Shown in pieces: positions 37,101 through 49,400 of a stretch of DNA of 64,000 nt. Position 1 is the first letter of the stretch. Every line of letters starts with the position of its first letter. Origin of the DNA: Klebsormidium nitens. Lineage: Eukaryota; Plantae; Klebsormidiophyceae. The stretch covers positions 47,934 to 111,933 of the forward strand of contig DF237235.1 in NCBI GenBank assembly GCA_000708835.1, read 5' to 3'. Made by a program: the position numbers and the translations under genes. The notes under the pieces were generated by a model. The model saw only the letters and a program-made list of their open reading frames with translations, did not search any database and had not been told where the DNA came from.

Positions 37101-40100
37101 CTTATCATATGGTTGAAAGCGTCTTGCTTAGTCTAAGATAGGTGTGGGCACCGCCTTCTTCAACGCGTTCTGATCCCTCGATCCATTCTGCTTGCCTGCT
37201 TCAAAATCACCGCCTTCAAATTTGTTTCCAATCTGGACGCTCTGAATATAATGACATACCCGCTGCAGAACGTGGCGGTCGAATCCACTTCTCTTCCGTT
37301 TCGCTCACCTGCTCCAGCAGAATCCGCCGCTTGGACCCCCGCGCCCGCGCCAGGTTCTCCTGCTGGTCGTCGGTCAGATCCAGCGCCCCGCCGTGCTCGT
37401 CCAATAGCGTATCCACCACGGTGTCCGTAAGCTCTTCGACGGACACGTCCAATTTTTGCTGGAGCACCTCTTTCAAGAACTGCTCCGTCTTGTGCTTTTG
37501 TTGCTCCAGGAACTCGTAGCCGCCCTGCCAAACAAAGTTATAACTTGGGTCAAGGAAAACTAAGCAAGAATAAGAGACTGAGTAAGGTCAACCGACTGAC
37601 TGAATAGGAAGACCGGGTGGGACCAGTTTATTTGTGTTTGCATGTCAAAGAGATCTGGGGAATGCTTTTTAAACTGATCCCGTTATGTGCTCATGCTGAT
37701 CTAAGAATTCAAAGTCGCCCTCGGGAGTAGTGACGGTACAGGTTGAAAACCCTGTTTTGTCCAAAATTTGTCTACTCGATTCTGAAGAGGGGTGGGTTCA
37801 TGATCATCACACCGAATACTCACTCCACAGTGCTCTGCCGCTCCAGTAGCCTTGTAACATAACACTCAGGAACGTTAAATCACCTTCTTCTCATTCTCGG
37901 AACACCTAAATCTTGATGATTGCACAAGACAACAGGGTCATTGCTTGAAAAATTAGAGCGAGCCGCTCACCCTCCAGCCCAGCGCGATCTGTTGCCGTTT
38001 CTCTCGCACTTTCTGCGCGCGCTGAGTCAAGTCGCTCGTCATCCGCTGCAGGAAGTCCGAGGAGCCTTCCGTCGACTGGAGCTGCGCGGAACGAGACGGA
38101 GAAAGGAATGATTGAAAATCCATTCGGAGTAACGTCGAGGCCGTAGATTGTTGCGGAGACAAGGCTCAGTGAAACCTCATAGGGCCTCACCCTACCGGGT
38201 TAGCGGCTGGATTTGAAATATCACAGACGCTTTCGTAATCCATGCACGTGAAAGAAGTCGCTTCATTCCCGAAAGGACTTCGAGTGCTTCTGCATATACC
38301 CCAGCTTAATATCTCAAATGCTTTTCCCTAGTCCATCCACGTGAAAGAAGTCGCTCCGTTCCGAAAGTCAGTTAGAGTGGCTCTACGTATACCCCAGCTT
38401 ATTTCGCCGCAACTTATGCCAACCCTCTCAAGTTTCTGGGAAGCTCTCTTAGCCGCTCAGTGAAGTTGATTTATCGTCGGATCAAAAAATTGCAACAAAC
38501 TAAAACGATTTGAGCTCACTCTCAGCTTTTGAGGACATGTAGTTTGTATATGGTGTGGGCAGGTTTCGCAGCTTACCATCTCGAGGGACTTGGGGTTGAT
38601 CTGCGGCTTGAACCACGTGCCGTAATCCTGCAAGTGACGCGTTGAACGATCAGCAGCTGTTGAAATAGGAGCACATCATTCCCTTGTTCTACGACCTCGT
38701 TGCCAACTTAGGATACTGCGCTGTATGGCCACCAATAAGTCTTGTACTCGGCAGTGCCGTTTTTGATGATAATGAGATTCGACAATGACTTCCGCAAGGT
38801 CGGGACGATGCAAGTGGAGTTGAGCGTTCCGCTGAGACCGACAGACGATATCAAGTTTCAGGACTCAATCCCGGTTCACTTTAGGATGGACGCCAGTCTT
38901 AAGGCTGGTTGTTTATTTTCGATACGAAAGGTATCAAGGTCGTTTTACGTGGCGACACAAATCTTCAGAATAACCTGCATCAGCATTTTCGAGCGGCGCT
39001 CGGCCAACTAAAGAAAAGCGTGCTCATCCCTCTTACGCTGGAAGCCACGCTGCTTCCCCCCAGCGACGCGATGTGCTCGCCCGGCGGCCGCCACAGCGGC
39101 AGCTGCTTCCCTGCGGCCGCCGCGCGCTTTTGCTCCCGCCGCTCTAGTTCCGCCAGCTCCGCGTGCAGCCGCTCGACCTCGGACTCCGCTTGACCCTGCA
39201 TTCGGACCAGGTTCAAGATAACAGGAAACGTCCGAACGGACTTCAAGAAGTGTTCGATAGTGTTCGCACGCTGCACGGCGCCGATTAACGTCGCGCGCAA
39301 GCTCAGCTTGCAGCCGTTTGACTTTAAGATCCTTTGAAGTCACATTCGGACGCAGTGAGAGCTCCAAAACCATTGGAAAAAGTGGCCGGACACTGGTCCC
39401 GTGTCCGACTGCTCGATGCTGGCACCTAATTCGCGCGCGGCCACATGGCACTACGATGGTGGCTTGTTTGGAACAGGACACAAGCGTCCGGATGTGCCGT
39501 CGAATTGTGCAAAACGCGTCCAGAATCTGTGCAAAAGGAGTCCGCATGGCTTCCAATCCTCTGAACCATTTGAAAGTCTGTCAGACTACTTGAGGTGACT
39601 TCAATATCTTCAGCGGGAAGCTTGTCACAATGTGTCCGAACGCCACGGTGCGTCGCTGTGCAGCAAAAGAGGGCGACCACTCACGACTGTGTACGTGAGC
39701 ACCTCCGCCTTCATCCGCGCCTTGGTCGCCCTCATCTGGGCCTTTTCGAGCTCCCGCGCGAGCTTGCTGCGCCGCTCCTCCTCGCGCAGAGTCGCTGACG
39801 ACGACGTGAGGTCACCGCTCGCGCGCATCCGAGGGGCGGACGAGGGCCGCTGCGGGAACAAGGTGAATTCGTATGGAGGAACATATTCTTATTGCAAACC
39901 GAGTATGCAGAATTGAAGTTGAGCGGTAATCAGCTCCGAGTTATCTTGTCTTATAAAGCCAGGACTCCGTCATCCCAATCGGAGGAAAGCCGCGTCGAGA
40001 TCTGCCTGCCGCTATCAGAAGCAGAATCCTTCCATCGTCTTATTGCACGTTCGGTCAAACCTGGCCGCCTGACCCGATTCCGCTTGGGACCGGTCGCAGA

Positions 40101-43100
40101 ACTTGCCCGATGCGCAGAACTTGAGACCCTTCGATGACCCAAAAGCTCTGCATCCAACGGCTCAAGTTCTGCAAGGTCTAGGCGGTGAGTGAGTCCGGCC
40201 AGGGCCGATTTTAAAACATTTTCACGGGCACAGGCGCAGAACTTGGGCCGTTCGATGGAGTCCTTCTGCTTCATCGAAGGGTTCACGTTCCGCGCATTGG
40301 CAAGTTCTGCGATCGGTCACGATCGATTCTCGGGTCAGGCGGCCAGGTTTGATCGAACCTGCAATAGTTCGGAAGCCTCCCACATTTTGTCCTAAGGTCA
40401 CCAAAACATGACATTTCAAGACACAACCGTCCTAAGATAGAAGGACCGACACAACCCTCCAAGAAACGGAACGATGCCGGAGTGAGTCCATCAATTGGGG
40501 TTGAAGCTCCGCCGCTGGTTGCGAGTCGGAGGCTCTCCCGCAGCGCCTTTTCAACGGAACCATGTGAAGAGTTGCAGAAATCAACACAACCGTTCAAGAA
40601 GCTCGTGGGATTGTGTCAAGTGCCTCAAAGCTGGAGCTCCGTCGCTGCGAGGCCAGCCCGAGGCTCTCCCCATTCAGAGAAGGGACGATTAAACTACGGT
40701 CCAAAGAAAGGACAGACTTGGGACTGTGTCAGAACGGTGTCAAATTGACACACGCGTCCAATCAACAGAAGTCTTTTTGGATTGTGTCAATCACCTTAGG
40801 GCTGGAGGACCGCCGCTGTGAGGCCAGTCCGAGACTCTCCCGCAAAGCCCCGATCTGCGTGGCGATGCTCTGGCGCTGCCCCAACGACCGGATGTCCAAA
40901 TCTGATTTGAGCTGCTCCTCCGTCAGGCGCAGTAGGAGAGGACCGTCGATGCGGTGGTGCGCGAACCGCACGCGGTGCTGCAGAGTAACGTCAGGACACG
41001 TCAGCGGGGAACGTCAGCAGACGATTTAGAAGCGCGAGCAAACGGATGTCTAGATCGGACTTGAGCTGCTCCTCGGTCAGCCGCAGCAAAAGAGGACCGT
41101 CGATGCGGTGGTGCGCGACGCGCACGCGGTGCTGCAGAGCAACGTCACGGCACGTCAGCAAGAAACGTCAGCAGACGCATTAGATGCGCGAGCAAACGGA
41201 TGTTTGAATTGGACTTGAGCTGCTCCTCTGTGAGCCGCAGCATCAGGGGGCGGTTCGACGCGGTGGTGCGCGAAGCGCGCGCGGTGCTGCAGAGATGACG
41301 TCAATCAATCGTCAGCAGAAACGTCAGAAGAGACCTCAGAGTGGTTGTCCAAGTCGGACTGAGCTGCTCCTCTGTCAGGCGCAGCAGCAGGGGGCCGTCG
41401 ACACGATGGTGCGCGAACCGCACGCGGTGCTGCGGGGCAACGTCAGCAAACAGGCAGACATCAGCGTATCTCACCTGTGCGGAACGGCAGTTGGGCGCGG
41501 TTTTGACAAACCTCAAGGTTGAGGTGTTAGAAGTATGGAAATGAAAGGCTGAATACTTCCGAGGACTTTCTAAGAATTTCCACGAACCCGGTCAACAGCC
41601 GGAAGCATTCGTTGAAGGCCCCATGTGATCAAAGTGCACCACTGACCCTCTTGTTCAGAAAGAAGCAAAGCGGAGAGAGAGACGGCCAAATTGCAAAACG
41701 TTTTTCCCGTCGAAGACCAAGGTATTCCCTAACAAACGCCCACCTGGCCGTGTCCGATGTGTTCGATCCAGTGGCACACTTCGGCTACGCCCCATTGGGT
41801 TGGGTGCATCTCCAGGGTGCGCGCGATCTCGCGCGCGCGGGGACCCGCGCTCGCTGACGTCGGCCGCGATGAGCTGGCGTACGGCTTGGAGGGGCTGAAG
41901 GAAGCCTGGCTGAGAGAAGGCTCGGAGTCCTGCGGCAGGGATGACGTCAGACGGACGTCAGTGGAGCACTTTGGCACAAAAGCCTGCTGTTTGCCCTCAG
42001 TGTGGTTTTGGTTGTCCCGTCGATGACGGACTGGCGAGACCTTTCTGGTGCAGGCCGTTTGGAGGAGGACATACTTGGTGGGAGCTTCCCGTGTTGCGAG
42101 AGCAAACGTCAAGATTTAAGATGAGAACAGCCATTGTTCACAATTGCGTCGGGAAGCCGATCGAAGCCGCCTTTCTATCTGCAGAGCGACATCAGAAACG
42201 TACTTCTGGGAACCTTTTCCAAGCTGAGAACCTTTTCCAAGCGTAGTGGACAAAATAACGCCTGTTAAGCTCTTCCTTTGACAAGGACCACTTCAAATCT
42301 GACACGTTGTGACGTTATGAAGAGGAAGATGATCGTAACCAACACGAAAACAGATAGGAAAGAGCGCCGTACCGCAGGCTCCGCGTTTTCAAAGTGCACT
42401 CGGAACTCGTCCTTCGACATGCCGCTCCCCTTAGACCCCCCCCTCGAGCCAAAGCTGCCCGTCTTCGCCAGCCTGACCGGGCCGAGATCAACCGACCGCC
42501 GGTCAAAGTCTCCGTCCAGACTGCCCGAATGCAGACCCATGCCCGGGGCAGATCCCGCCGACCACGGCCGGTTGTCAAACCCGTTTGCAAAAGCGGAGCT
42601 CGTCACAACGCCCCCCCTCCCCATGCCCTCAGAATCAACCCCCCGATCCGGTACCTCGTCCCGGCTTCCGCTTGTGCTCGCGTCTGACGGAGTCGCCCCC
42701 CAGCTCCGCACGAAGTTCCCGGCGGATGAGCTCGTGCCACGTGGCCCGTACGCGCTCGCCGGCCGCGGTCCGAAGTTGCGGACGGGCAGCGCGGCTTCGG
42801 ACCCGGACGCGTCCGCGTTCTCCCGTGGGATCTCCTGCACGCTGCGGTTGAGCACGCGGGGGGGGGCTTGGTCCTCTGGCGTTTCGGGCCCATCGTCCTC
42901 GACGATTTCTTCCTCCGCACCCCCCTCAAAATCGTCGGCGTAATCGTCGGCAGGGGGGTAATTTCCCAGAGCGCCAGAGGGGCGTCTCACGACGGGGGGG
43001 GACCACACGCCTTCGCTCTCCTGCCGGGGGGTGACGTCGTTGCTCCGGTGGCTGACGTCAGCGCTAGGACGATTTTTTGCCTGCTGCGAGGAGGCAGTTT

Positions 43101-45143
43101 TTGCAGCCGCGTCGGAAGGTTTTCTCGCGCTGGCCGGACGAGAGCTGACCGGACTTTGCTCGCTTCGGGCTGACATCTGCGGCGTCGACTTTCTCGAGGG
43201 GAGTGCTGACGACGGCCGACCGCCTGCTGTCGCCTTCTGAGTGGTCCACTCCTTCTCTGCATCCGAAGGCAACTCCTCTTCCATCTCGTCAATTTCCTCA
43301 GGCTCTTCTCTCGGCCCCATTCTCGCTGAAGCGGGCCGTGAGTGCGCAGCACTGCCTGGCTCCCCGACGCTCCGCACGATACTGTCGAGGCGAGAGAAGA
43401 CTTCTTCGTCGCTCGCCAGGCTCGCTGAAGTCATCAGCTGGCGGGCTGACGTCACCTGAGGGGAGCCGCTTCTCGGCGTCCCGTTTGCACGCCCGCTCGG
43501 GAGTGGCGTCGTGTTCGAGGTTCGTCCGCCGCTCGTTTGGCCTGCGCTCCCCCGACCTGGAGTCTCCACTTCTGCTGGGGTTCTTGGCGTCTCTCCTCGG
43601 AATCCTTTCACCCCTACCATCTTTGGAGAGCTTACTTCAACATCTTCGATCTCCTCCAGATCAAACATGGGGTTGTCCATACTGAGGCCCGATCGATCCC
43701 CAAACGCCAACGGTCCTTGAGCTGGCTGGGACGGTTTTTCTCCCTCTTCTCTGACTCCGTTCTCAATGCCGCGCACAATGCTCTTGACGCTATGAAGCAT
43801 GCCTTCTGGTTTGTTAATTGCTGCGGGGACAGGGCTTTGCCTGGCTGACGCTTGCCTGGTCTCTACCGCACTTCTGTCAGTTAGCGCAGGGGAAGACCGT
43901 CCGCTTTCCGGAGCACCAAAGATGCCTCTCTCAGCCTGCAACTCCCTGTGAGATGCCTGCCGCTCGACTGCAACGGGTTCAGGAGTTTGCTTCACTGACA
44001 CTCCCCCGAATGGCACCCCCGTTTCTGCCTTGTGAGCTGGAGTCAGTCTCCCACTCCCCTCGGTGTTCTTCTCCAGGTCTTTTGCCCTGATTGCATCCGC
44101 AATATCATCGGTCTGCCTCGCAGAGTCTCTGCCATCAGGGGCTTTTCTGAAAGAGCTTCCACCATCCGGAGCCGAATTTCTATAATTGGGGGTCTGTCTG
44201 GGCGAGTTCCCACCCTCAGAGGTTTGGTTGACTGGATACCTTCCGTCAGGGGTTTGTCTAGCAGAGTCCCTCTGATCAGCTGTTTGCCTGGTCGAGGTCC
44301 TCCCATCACGGGTTTGCCTGGCCAAAAAATCTCCATCAGGAGTTTGTCTGAACGAGTCTCCACCATCAGGTGTTTCCCTGACCGAGTTTCTACCATCAGG
44401 GGTTTGCCTAGCGGAGTCCCGCTCGTCAGGGAATTGCCTGACGGTATTTCCGCCAGCAGGGGTTTGCTTGATGGGACCTAAACCATCCGGGGTTTGTTTA
44501 ACCGAGTCTCTCCCAGCCGCCGGCAAACCCCTCTCACTCATTGCCGGAGTGGACCGCCCGCTCCCATCTGCGGTTCGAATGATGCTATCTAGGCGCGAGA
44601 GAATCTCGTGCTCGTCATCGAAGCCTGGAGTCACACCACGGCGCGACGCTGATGAGGGCCTCTTAACATTGCCGGAGACTGTTTGGTGTGCCGGCTCGCT
44701 GTCCCCCATGCCTCGCATAATGCTGTTGAGCCGCAAGTCTACCTCGATCTCCTCGGGAAGAGGCTTGGGGTTCAGGTTGAGGGGAGGAACTCTCTGCAAA
44801 GCGCATTCCTGGTCAGATTGTGCTGCGATTCTCGCCGAGGTTGCTTTGCTTTATGAGCTATATACAGTGGTTCCCAGGATCCGTTTTCCAACAAAGTATG
44901 CTGAAACTCCTCCAAAAACGACGTAAAAGATTCCGAATCAAGCACAGAAAATGTCCTGTCCGGGTCCTCAATTGCCTTTGGCAATACACCTCGGGCGCTA
45001 AGGCTATTCCAGAAAATATTTTTTGGGATCAGTTCGCAAAACAGGGCCACGTGAGATTCCAAATGCTGAAACCAGACGTTGACCACGGTCAGCAAAAGCA
45101 GGGGCAGGATTGCACTCACCCTCCTTTCTGAAAAGGCATCCAT
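34170..45143 (-). CDS. Large SAM-domain and coiled-coil protein with a ~850-aa disordered N-terminus (uncharacterised)
   Basis: 14 exons: 45143-45120, 44793-42373, 41929-41744, 40977-40795, 39849-39703, 39195-39037, 38627-38577, 38081-37971, 37524-37309, 36881-36612, 36317-36036, 35255-35193, 34837-34733, 34307-34170 (~1451 aa). All junctions are GT-AG and in frame. SAM signature WGVAEVCHWIEHIGHGQHRVRFAHHRIDGPLLLRLTEEQLKSDLDIRSLGQRQSI. Confidence 0.82.
38240..38402 (+). repeat. ~95-bp-spaced imperfect direct duplication in a SAM-gene intron
   Basis: CACGTGAAAGAAGTCGCT...CCGAAAG...GAGTG...TATACCCCAGCTTA at ~38244-38309 and ~38338-38401. Confidence 0.8.
40041..40366. mobile_element. MITE-like / foldback element with ~100-bp imperfect terminal inverted repeats, in a SAM-gene intron
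   Basis: Left arm TATTGCACGTTCGGTCAAACCTGGCCGCCTGACCCGA...GCAGAACTTGCC...CCCTTCGATGA (40041-40138) is the reverse complement of the right arm (~40271-40366, ...TCGGGTCAGGCGGCCAGGTTTGATCGAACCTGCAATA). TA at both ends; no ORF. Confidence 0.65.
40480..40850 (-). repeat. Three copies of the SAM exon-4 3' end plus donor (one functional, two decayed downstream)
   Basis: Sense strand GGGAGAGTCTCGGACTGGCCTCACAGCGGCGGTCCTCCAGCCCTAAG|GTGATTGACACAATC recurs 171 bp and a further 131 bp downstream. The first copy has GT changed to GC; the second has lost the donor. Confidence 0.85.
40880..41470 (-). repeat. Four tandem copies of branch point, acceptor and start of SAM exon 4 (three decayed)
   Basis: CAG|CACCGCGTGCGGTTCGCGCACCACCGCATCGACGG...GAGGAGCAGCTCAA starts at 41429, 41286, 41131 and 40977 (spacing 143, 155, 154). 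The upstream copies carry frameshifts or run into a stop. Confidence 0.93.
44105..44510 (-). repeat. Coding 30-bp (10-aa) tandem repeat RQTPDGxxSx, about 13 copies, in the SAM-gene large exon
   Basis: KQTPDG, KQTPAG, RQFPDE, RQTPDG, RETPDG, RQTPDG, RQTRDG, RQTADQ, RQTPDG, NQTSEG, RQTPNY, RKAPDG, RQTDDI in ORF 42265-44799. Confidence 0.9.
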
Positions 45144-46475
45144 CTTGGACGTCCACACTTTGATCTCACAAAGTGGAGAGTAGCATTCTAGGAGTTGCTG
45201 CAGCTTGCAATTGGCTGCTCATTGCCTCAAACTTCTTGACGCCCCGATCTGTCCATTTTGGATCCCACCCCAAGCAGCTCAACAACGTGCTTCCCTGTTC
45301 ATTGTCTGTCGCAACCTCGCAACCGCAGCATTCCTTCTGGTGGAGCAAGGTCATAAACTCTTTTGTCTTTTGATCATTGCCTCCTGGGTCCTAACGCTCA
45401 CTTGCTGCTCTTTGCCAAACGGTGACAAGATGGTCGGAGAATTCAATCACTTCTTCACAAGCGAACCTCCTTGCAACATTCTGTTCGTCATCATCGTTCA
45501 ATTGCATCCAACAACTTGCTGGCATTGATCGGGAAGACGTGATCACTTCTGAATGGATTGCTATCCGATGTGACAGGGTTCATCAGATCTGAGCCTACAG
45601 AAGGCTGTAGATCATCTCTCACGAGTCGAGCACTCAGAGACACCTGCCTACGCTCAAAACACACCACACTTAATGGTGCTGAATTTGACTATCTTACCGT
45701 GCCCAACCATATGGGACGGGCTGCAGCATACAATAGGCTCATTTCGAAAGGTTACAGTCTACAGAAAAACATCATGTGGAACATATAATATGGTCGAGTT
45801 TAGCTTAGCTATTTGCAATATTCAGCAATTGCATGCAAGCATATCGGCCCGGAACTCTGACACGGAAAGCGCTGTGGCTGCCTGTCGTAGTGTTTGGGAG
45901 TCAATTTCAGGACTTACTAGGAGGCTCTGACGAAAAGTGCTTCAAGTCAGCCTGCAGCCAGAGCACGAGTCTCGAGTCTACCTACCTACCTACTCCTCAG
46001 AGTCAAACAACCCAGTACCGTGACGGTATCACCCACAGTACGGTATGTTGAACTCTCGGGTCCCAAAACAACTACACGCGCGTTGGCGTCCAAAACTCTT
46101 TCTAAGCGGTCCGATGATAAACACAGATGGTTGGGATGCGTCGGAATGCCTACCCGTTGAGTTACTACGGTAGGTATTAGTTAGCCTGCAGTCTGGTAAT
46201 CCGGATACTCACGCAGGGCTCGTCTTCTGGAACTTGGATTGGGAAAAAGACGGGGAGAGCTTCTAAAGCAGCCTTCAGCCTCAGCTGGTCGGAGCTGGCG
46301 GCAAGCTCCAGCAAGCTCAATCAAAAGAGAAGATACTGGACCAGCCGGCTTAGAAGGTACAGCTTGTAAAGTTATCTAGGTTGAGACGCCCTGCTTGACG
46401 GCGTTTGACTGAAAGGGTGGTTTTGAAAAGGTTGAAGACAGTGACACAGGGTAAGTTTCACCAAGGACCTGCAGG

Positions 46476-49400
46476 ATGTCAGGAGCGACCCTCAGCCGGG
46501 CGGAGGCTGCCTGGGAAGCCCTTAACAAGCACAGAGGAACGCCCAAGAGCAACATTGAGCAAGTAGTGCGCCAGCTCGTCGACACCCAATGGAGCGCACT
46601 CACAATCCCTGCAAAGCGGCATCCAGAGGGGATCATAGAGCAATACATTCTAAAGAAGGCTTCAGGCAATGCAGGGACCACTTTGATTGATGAACAGATC
46701 AGCAAGTCAACACCAGTGGTTGGGTTTGACAGTGCCGAGACTCTTGAAAACCAGCTAAGACAGGATGGGAAACCTCCGCCAGAGTGCAGCACCTCCAGTT
46801 CAGAAGCTACATCACTTTCTCAGAGGAGCAGAGAGCCTGCCCCAAGTGGTGTCATGGAAGCAAACCTTGTCCGAGAAGTAAATGCTCTGACAGACCCGTC
46901 CGCCGCCATCCGGAAGCGGGCGCTGACTCAGCTCCGGAGGCTGATGCTCGGGGAGGGCAGGACAGAGCTGCGGCTTGGCAAAGATGAACTGCAGGGAATT
47001 GCGGAAGACCACATTCTGAAGCCGCTCTTGCGACGCTTTGGGGACTCGTCGTCTGCTTGTAGGGAGCTGGCTCTGGAGCTGACACTAGGGTGAGGCTCAG
47101 TACCCCCCTGGACTTTACTACTACTTTTAGGCTTATGGAAAGGAAAATTTGGGAGCTAGAAGGGAAGAGATAGCTTCATTGAGAAAACAGTTCATTGGGG
47201 CACTTGTTATGATTGACAGGTTGTTTAGATGCTTTCGAAGCAGTCAATAGTGCTTCTTTACTGGTGTAGTAAGTATGAAACACAGGTCGGTGGTAGTACA
47301 GGCAGTTTATTTTGTGAGTAAGTCTGCTGCAACTCTGCAAAACAGACTATAGTATGAAAGCAGAGGAGTTCAATGGAGGATGTCAAGCCACAGGCAAAGC
47401 ATAGGGCAAATGTTTTGCCCACAGATATCCATGACATACTTCTTCAAGATCATGCACTCAACTTCTGCTCACAGACATTCTGACAGTGCACCAAAACTTG
47501 AAAAAGCACTCACTTTCCTATTTTCACCTGACCCGTCGAGATGACTGAAGTTCTTGGAATCACGAATGTCCCAGAATCGTGCTTCACCATCTTTTCTTTC
47601 CGCAGGTTACTGGAGGAGGTGCCGGATGCTGTGCTAAGCCTCCTGCCCTATGCCATCCCCGCCCTTGGAGAAAGGCTCGCTCGCTACGACGCCGCTGACT
47701 CAGCAAGTGCACCTGAGACCACATCCCGCAGTCAAAAGACCTCCACTAGCGAAAGCACTGATTCTTTTGAAAGCAAAGACTCCAAAGATAGTGGAGCCAT
47801 TGCAAAGGCCAGGAAGCGCGGCAGCGGGCCGGTGGAAGAAGTTGAGGAAAACCGCCTTCTGTTAGCAAGGCTCCTCCGCTCGCTTCTCAAACACGCGGGC
47901 AAGGCGATCGGAGCGTACGCCGCTGACGTCGGCGCGATGCTGACGTCGTCCGTCGCTGACCTCAGCCCGGAGGTGGCTCAGGAGCTGTGCTTGTGTGTTG
48001 AGGACTATGGAAAGCTACTAGGCGTGCGGTTACGCCAGGTGGCAAAGCCAATGATTGCAGCTGTGACGCCCCTGCTTGGGGCGAAGCGCCAGAAAGTGAG
48101 GTGTGCGGGGTTAAGGGCGATTAGGAAGTTGGTGGCGTGTGGGGGGGCTGAAGCGATTCTGGACTTGACGGGGTTCCGGGATCCGAACCTGATACCGATC
48201 AAGGCCTTTTATGAGGCAGACATCAAGGTAAGACGTAGCACCAGTCTTACCTGCAAATGGGGGTAAGAGATCCACTCTCTTCGTGTGCACTTTCGACAGC
48301 TTTGAGAGCTGTGTGGCCTGCTAGTGCTCCCAGATTGGTTCTGTTCGGAAACAAACACAGGACTCACAGTACTTTTTGAGATGTAGCTTTCCCTATCATG
48401 ATAAGACAGTTGCATCGTAAGTAAAGTTTTAGAAGAGGACCGTGCTGGATGATAGTCGATCTCCAAGATCAAGCAACAGTGTAAAGAAGCTCAAAGGGCG
48501 GTGTCAAGTCGGTCAGCAAGCCACTTTGATTCACAGGAAAGTTGCTTCAAAGGTGTGTAAAGAGGGCCTCTTGAATAGGGCCTGGAGGCCATCTCACGGC
48601 CGCGTTTTAAGCAATAGAAAGGAGCTTCCTCTCAGGTCAACCTCAAGACAGTCCTTCAAAAATTTGCAGTGAATCTACTTTCCCGATTGTGCCCGGCCCT
48701 AGTGTAAAAGAATAACAACGAAACCGGAACCGAAAACGAACCTCCTCCTTTCCGTTTCTGCAGACGAACTGGTTCGCGCTGCTGGCACTGGACCCCACAG
48801 TCGCAGTCCGGCGAGAGTTTCTGGCCACTCTGGGGGACTGGCTGCTGAACCTGCCGGAAAGGATGGATCACGAGACACGCCTCCTCCCGTGAGTTCCTCC
48901 GACTCGGTTCCAAGAGGGTAAAGCGAAAATATGTCTGGCCTGAACGGAAGCCGCAAAACTGGCCTTGACGGATTGCCTTGCCCGCAGTACTCGAGCCATC
49001 AGCATACCTCAAAGAAAACCGACCTCGTCAAAGTGGGCCAGTGAATAGAGTATCCTGATAATTGGACAAACAGGCTCGTCTAATCCGCATGGTCTGAATT
49101 TCGTCAGACGTGCTGCTCGCTGTACTAGTCTTGCAGGTCGTTTTAAAGACGCCAGTCTTCCGGTGTCTCGTTTTGTCAAGTCATTAACCCTCCAAGGTTA
49201 TGAGCTCCATTACGATGTTGTTGTTTCAGATGGGTAGCAAGTAGGATAGTCCTCTCAGAATTTGCTCTCTAGAGAGCTTCGCGAGTCAGGTGCTAAAGCG
49301 GGTCAAAGCACCACCAGAATTCTGGCGTCTTACTTTGCAAGCAATGGTTCTTATCGCGAAGATGAATTCGCAATGGTGTCTAGGACGATGTTTGGTGATT

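Noticed and set aside
40880-41470. Regularly spaced repeats resembling a CRISPR array (also 19170-19700)
   Set aside because: Units are ~140-155 bp degenerate copies of exon and splice-site sequence with no unique spacers, in a eukaryotic intron with no cas genes.
41470-41490. TTCCGCACAG|GTGAGA (sense strand), a possible recursive splice site 45 nt before the first SAM echo
   Set aside because: Single short motif in a short intron; it cannot be distinguished from chance without lariat data.
42205-42242. Short tandem duplications (GAACCTTTTCCAAGC twice here; ATCCATGCTGAAAC twice at ~57891-57921)
   Set aside because: Ordinary intronic slippage duplications, kept only as background for the echo hypothesis.
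42278-44926. Many overlapping + strand ORFs of 100-220 aa
   Set aside because: They are antisense shadows of the GC-rich 807-codon SAM exon, with no motifs or splice support.
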